Shown here: piece after piece, positions 5,542 through 5,731 of the stretch
How positions within the stretch are numbered: position 1 is the stretch's first letter
Layout: the number at the start of each line of letters is the position of its first letter
Origin: a virus
Lineage: Duplodnaviria; Heunggongvirae; Uroviricota; Caudoviricetes
Direction: 5' to 3' (one strand)
DNA: 5,731 nt
Virus record (IMG/VR): IMGVR_UViG_2695420514_000005
The notes under the pieces: generated by a model
Databases searched by the model: none
What the model was told of the DNA's origin: nothing
Seen by the model: the letters and a program-made list of their open reading frames with translations, nothing else
Program-made: the position numbers and the translations under genes

Positions 5542-5593
5542 TTGAGTTTTCTCATTAAAAACACTTGACCAATATTCATGAGAAAACTAAATT
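5542..5593. promoter_or_regulatory. Candidate operator pair flanking a promoter for the ydfA-like gene
   Basis: TTGAGTTTTCTCA at 5542-5554 is identical to the 13-mer at 5009-5021. An inverted copy of the AGTTTTCTCA core lies at 5579-5588 (TGAGAAAACT). Between them, TTGACC (5565-5570) plus a 17-bp spacer and TAAATT (5588-5593) forms a sigma70-like promoter reading toward 5671. Confidence 0.4.
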
Positions 5594-5670
5594 ACCACCC
5601 ATCAAGACACCGCACGGTGTTCTCAGCAAACAGTTCCGCTACCCCGGCGTTAAGGGGAAATGAGGTCAAC

Positions 5671-5731
5671 ATGGATACTATCGATCTTGGCAACAACGAA
5701 TCTCTGGTGTGCGGCGTGTTCCCAAACCAGG
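5671..5731 (+). CDS. ydfA: Start of a YdfA-like small prophage protein (3' end outside the window)
   Basis: ATG at 5671 with SD GAGGT 4 nt upstream. The first 20 codons MDTIDLGNNESLVCGVFPNQ match the N-terminus of Qin-prophage YdfA as recalled. Frame is open to the window edge. Confidence 0.6.
   Translation, partial: MDTIDLGNNESLVCGVFPNQ

Overview
This window looks like the immunity and early-right (replication) region of a Rac/Qin-type lambdoid prophage from an enterobacterium (E. coli-like codon usage). All calls below rest on reading the sequence and on recalled protein families; no database search was run. Reading right to left on the minus strand: a DicA-like repressor (+ strand, 5073-5480) is divergent from a minus-strand operon of dicC-like, YdaT-family, lambda-O-like replication initiator with an internal iteron origin, DnaC-like helicase loader, two uncharacterised proteins, a DUF551-family gene that appears split by a frameshift at a G6 tract, and a 27-codon hydrophobic ORF overlapping its stop codon. 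The operon then stops at an inverted-repeat-rich junction next to a transposase C-terminal fragment (3-206); no nin, Q or lysis genes are present in the window, although more prophage sequence could lie beyond the left edge. A ydfA-like gene starts at 5671 at the right edge. The best candidates for something undescribed are the DUF551 gene with its coupled micro-ORF and the two unassigned genes downstream of the DnaC homologue; none can be given a function from sequence alone.
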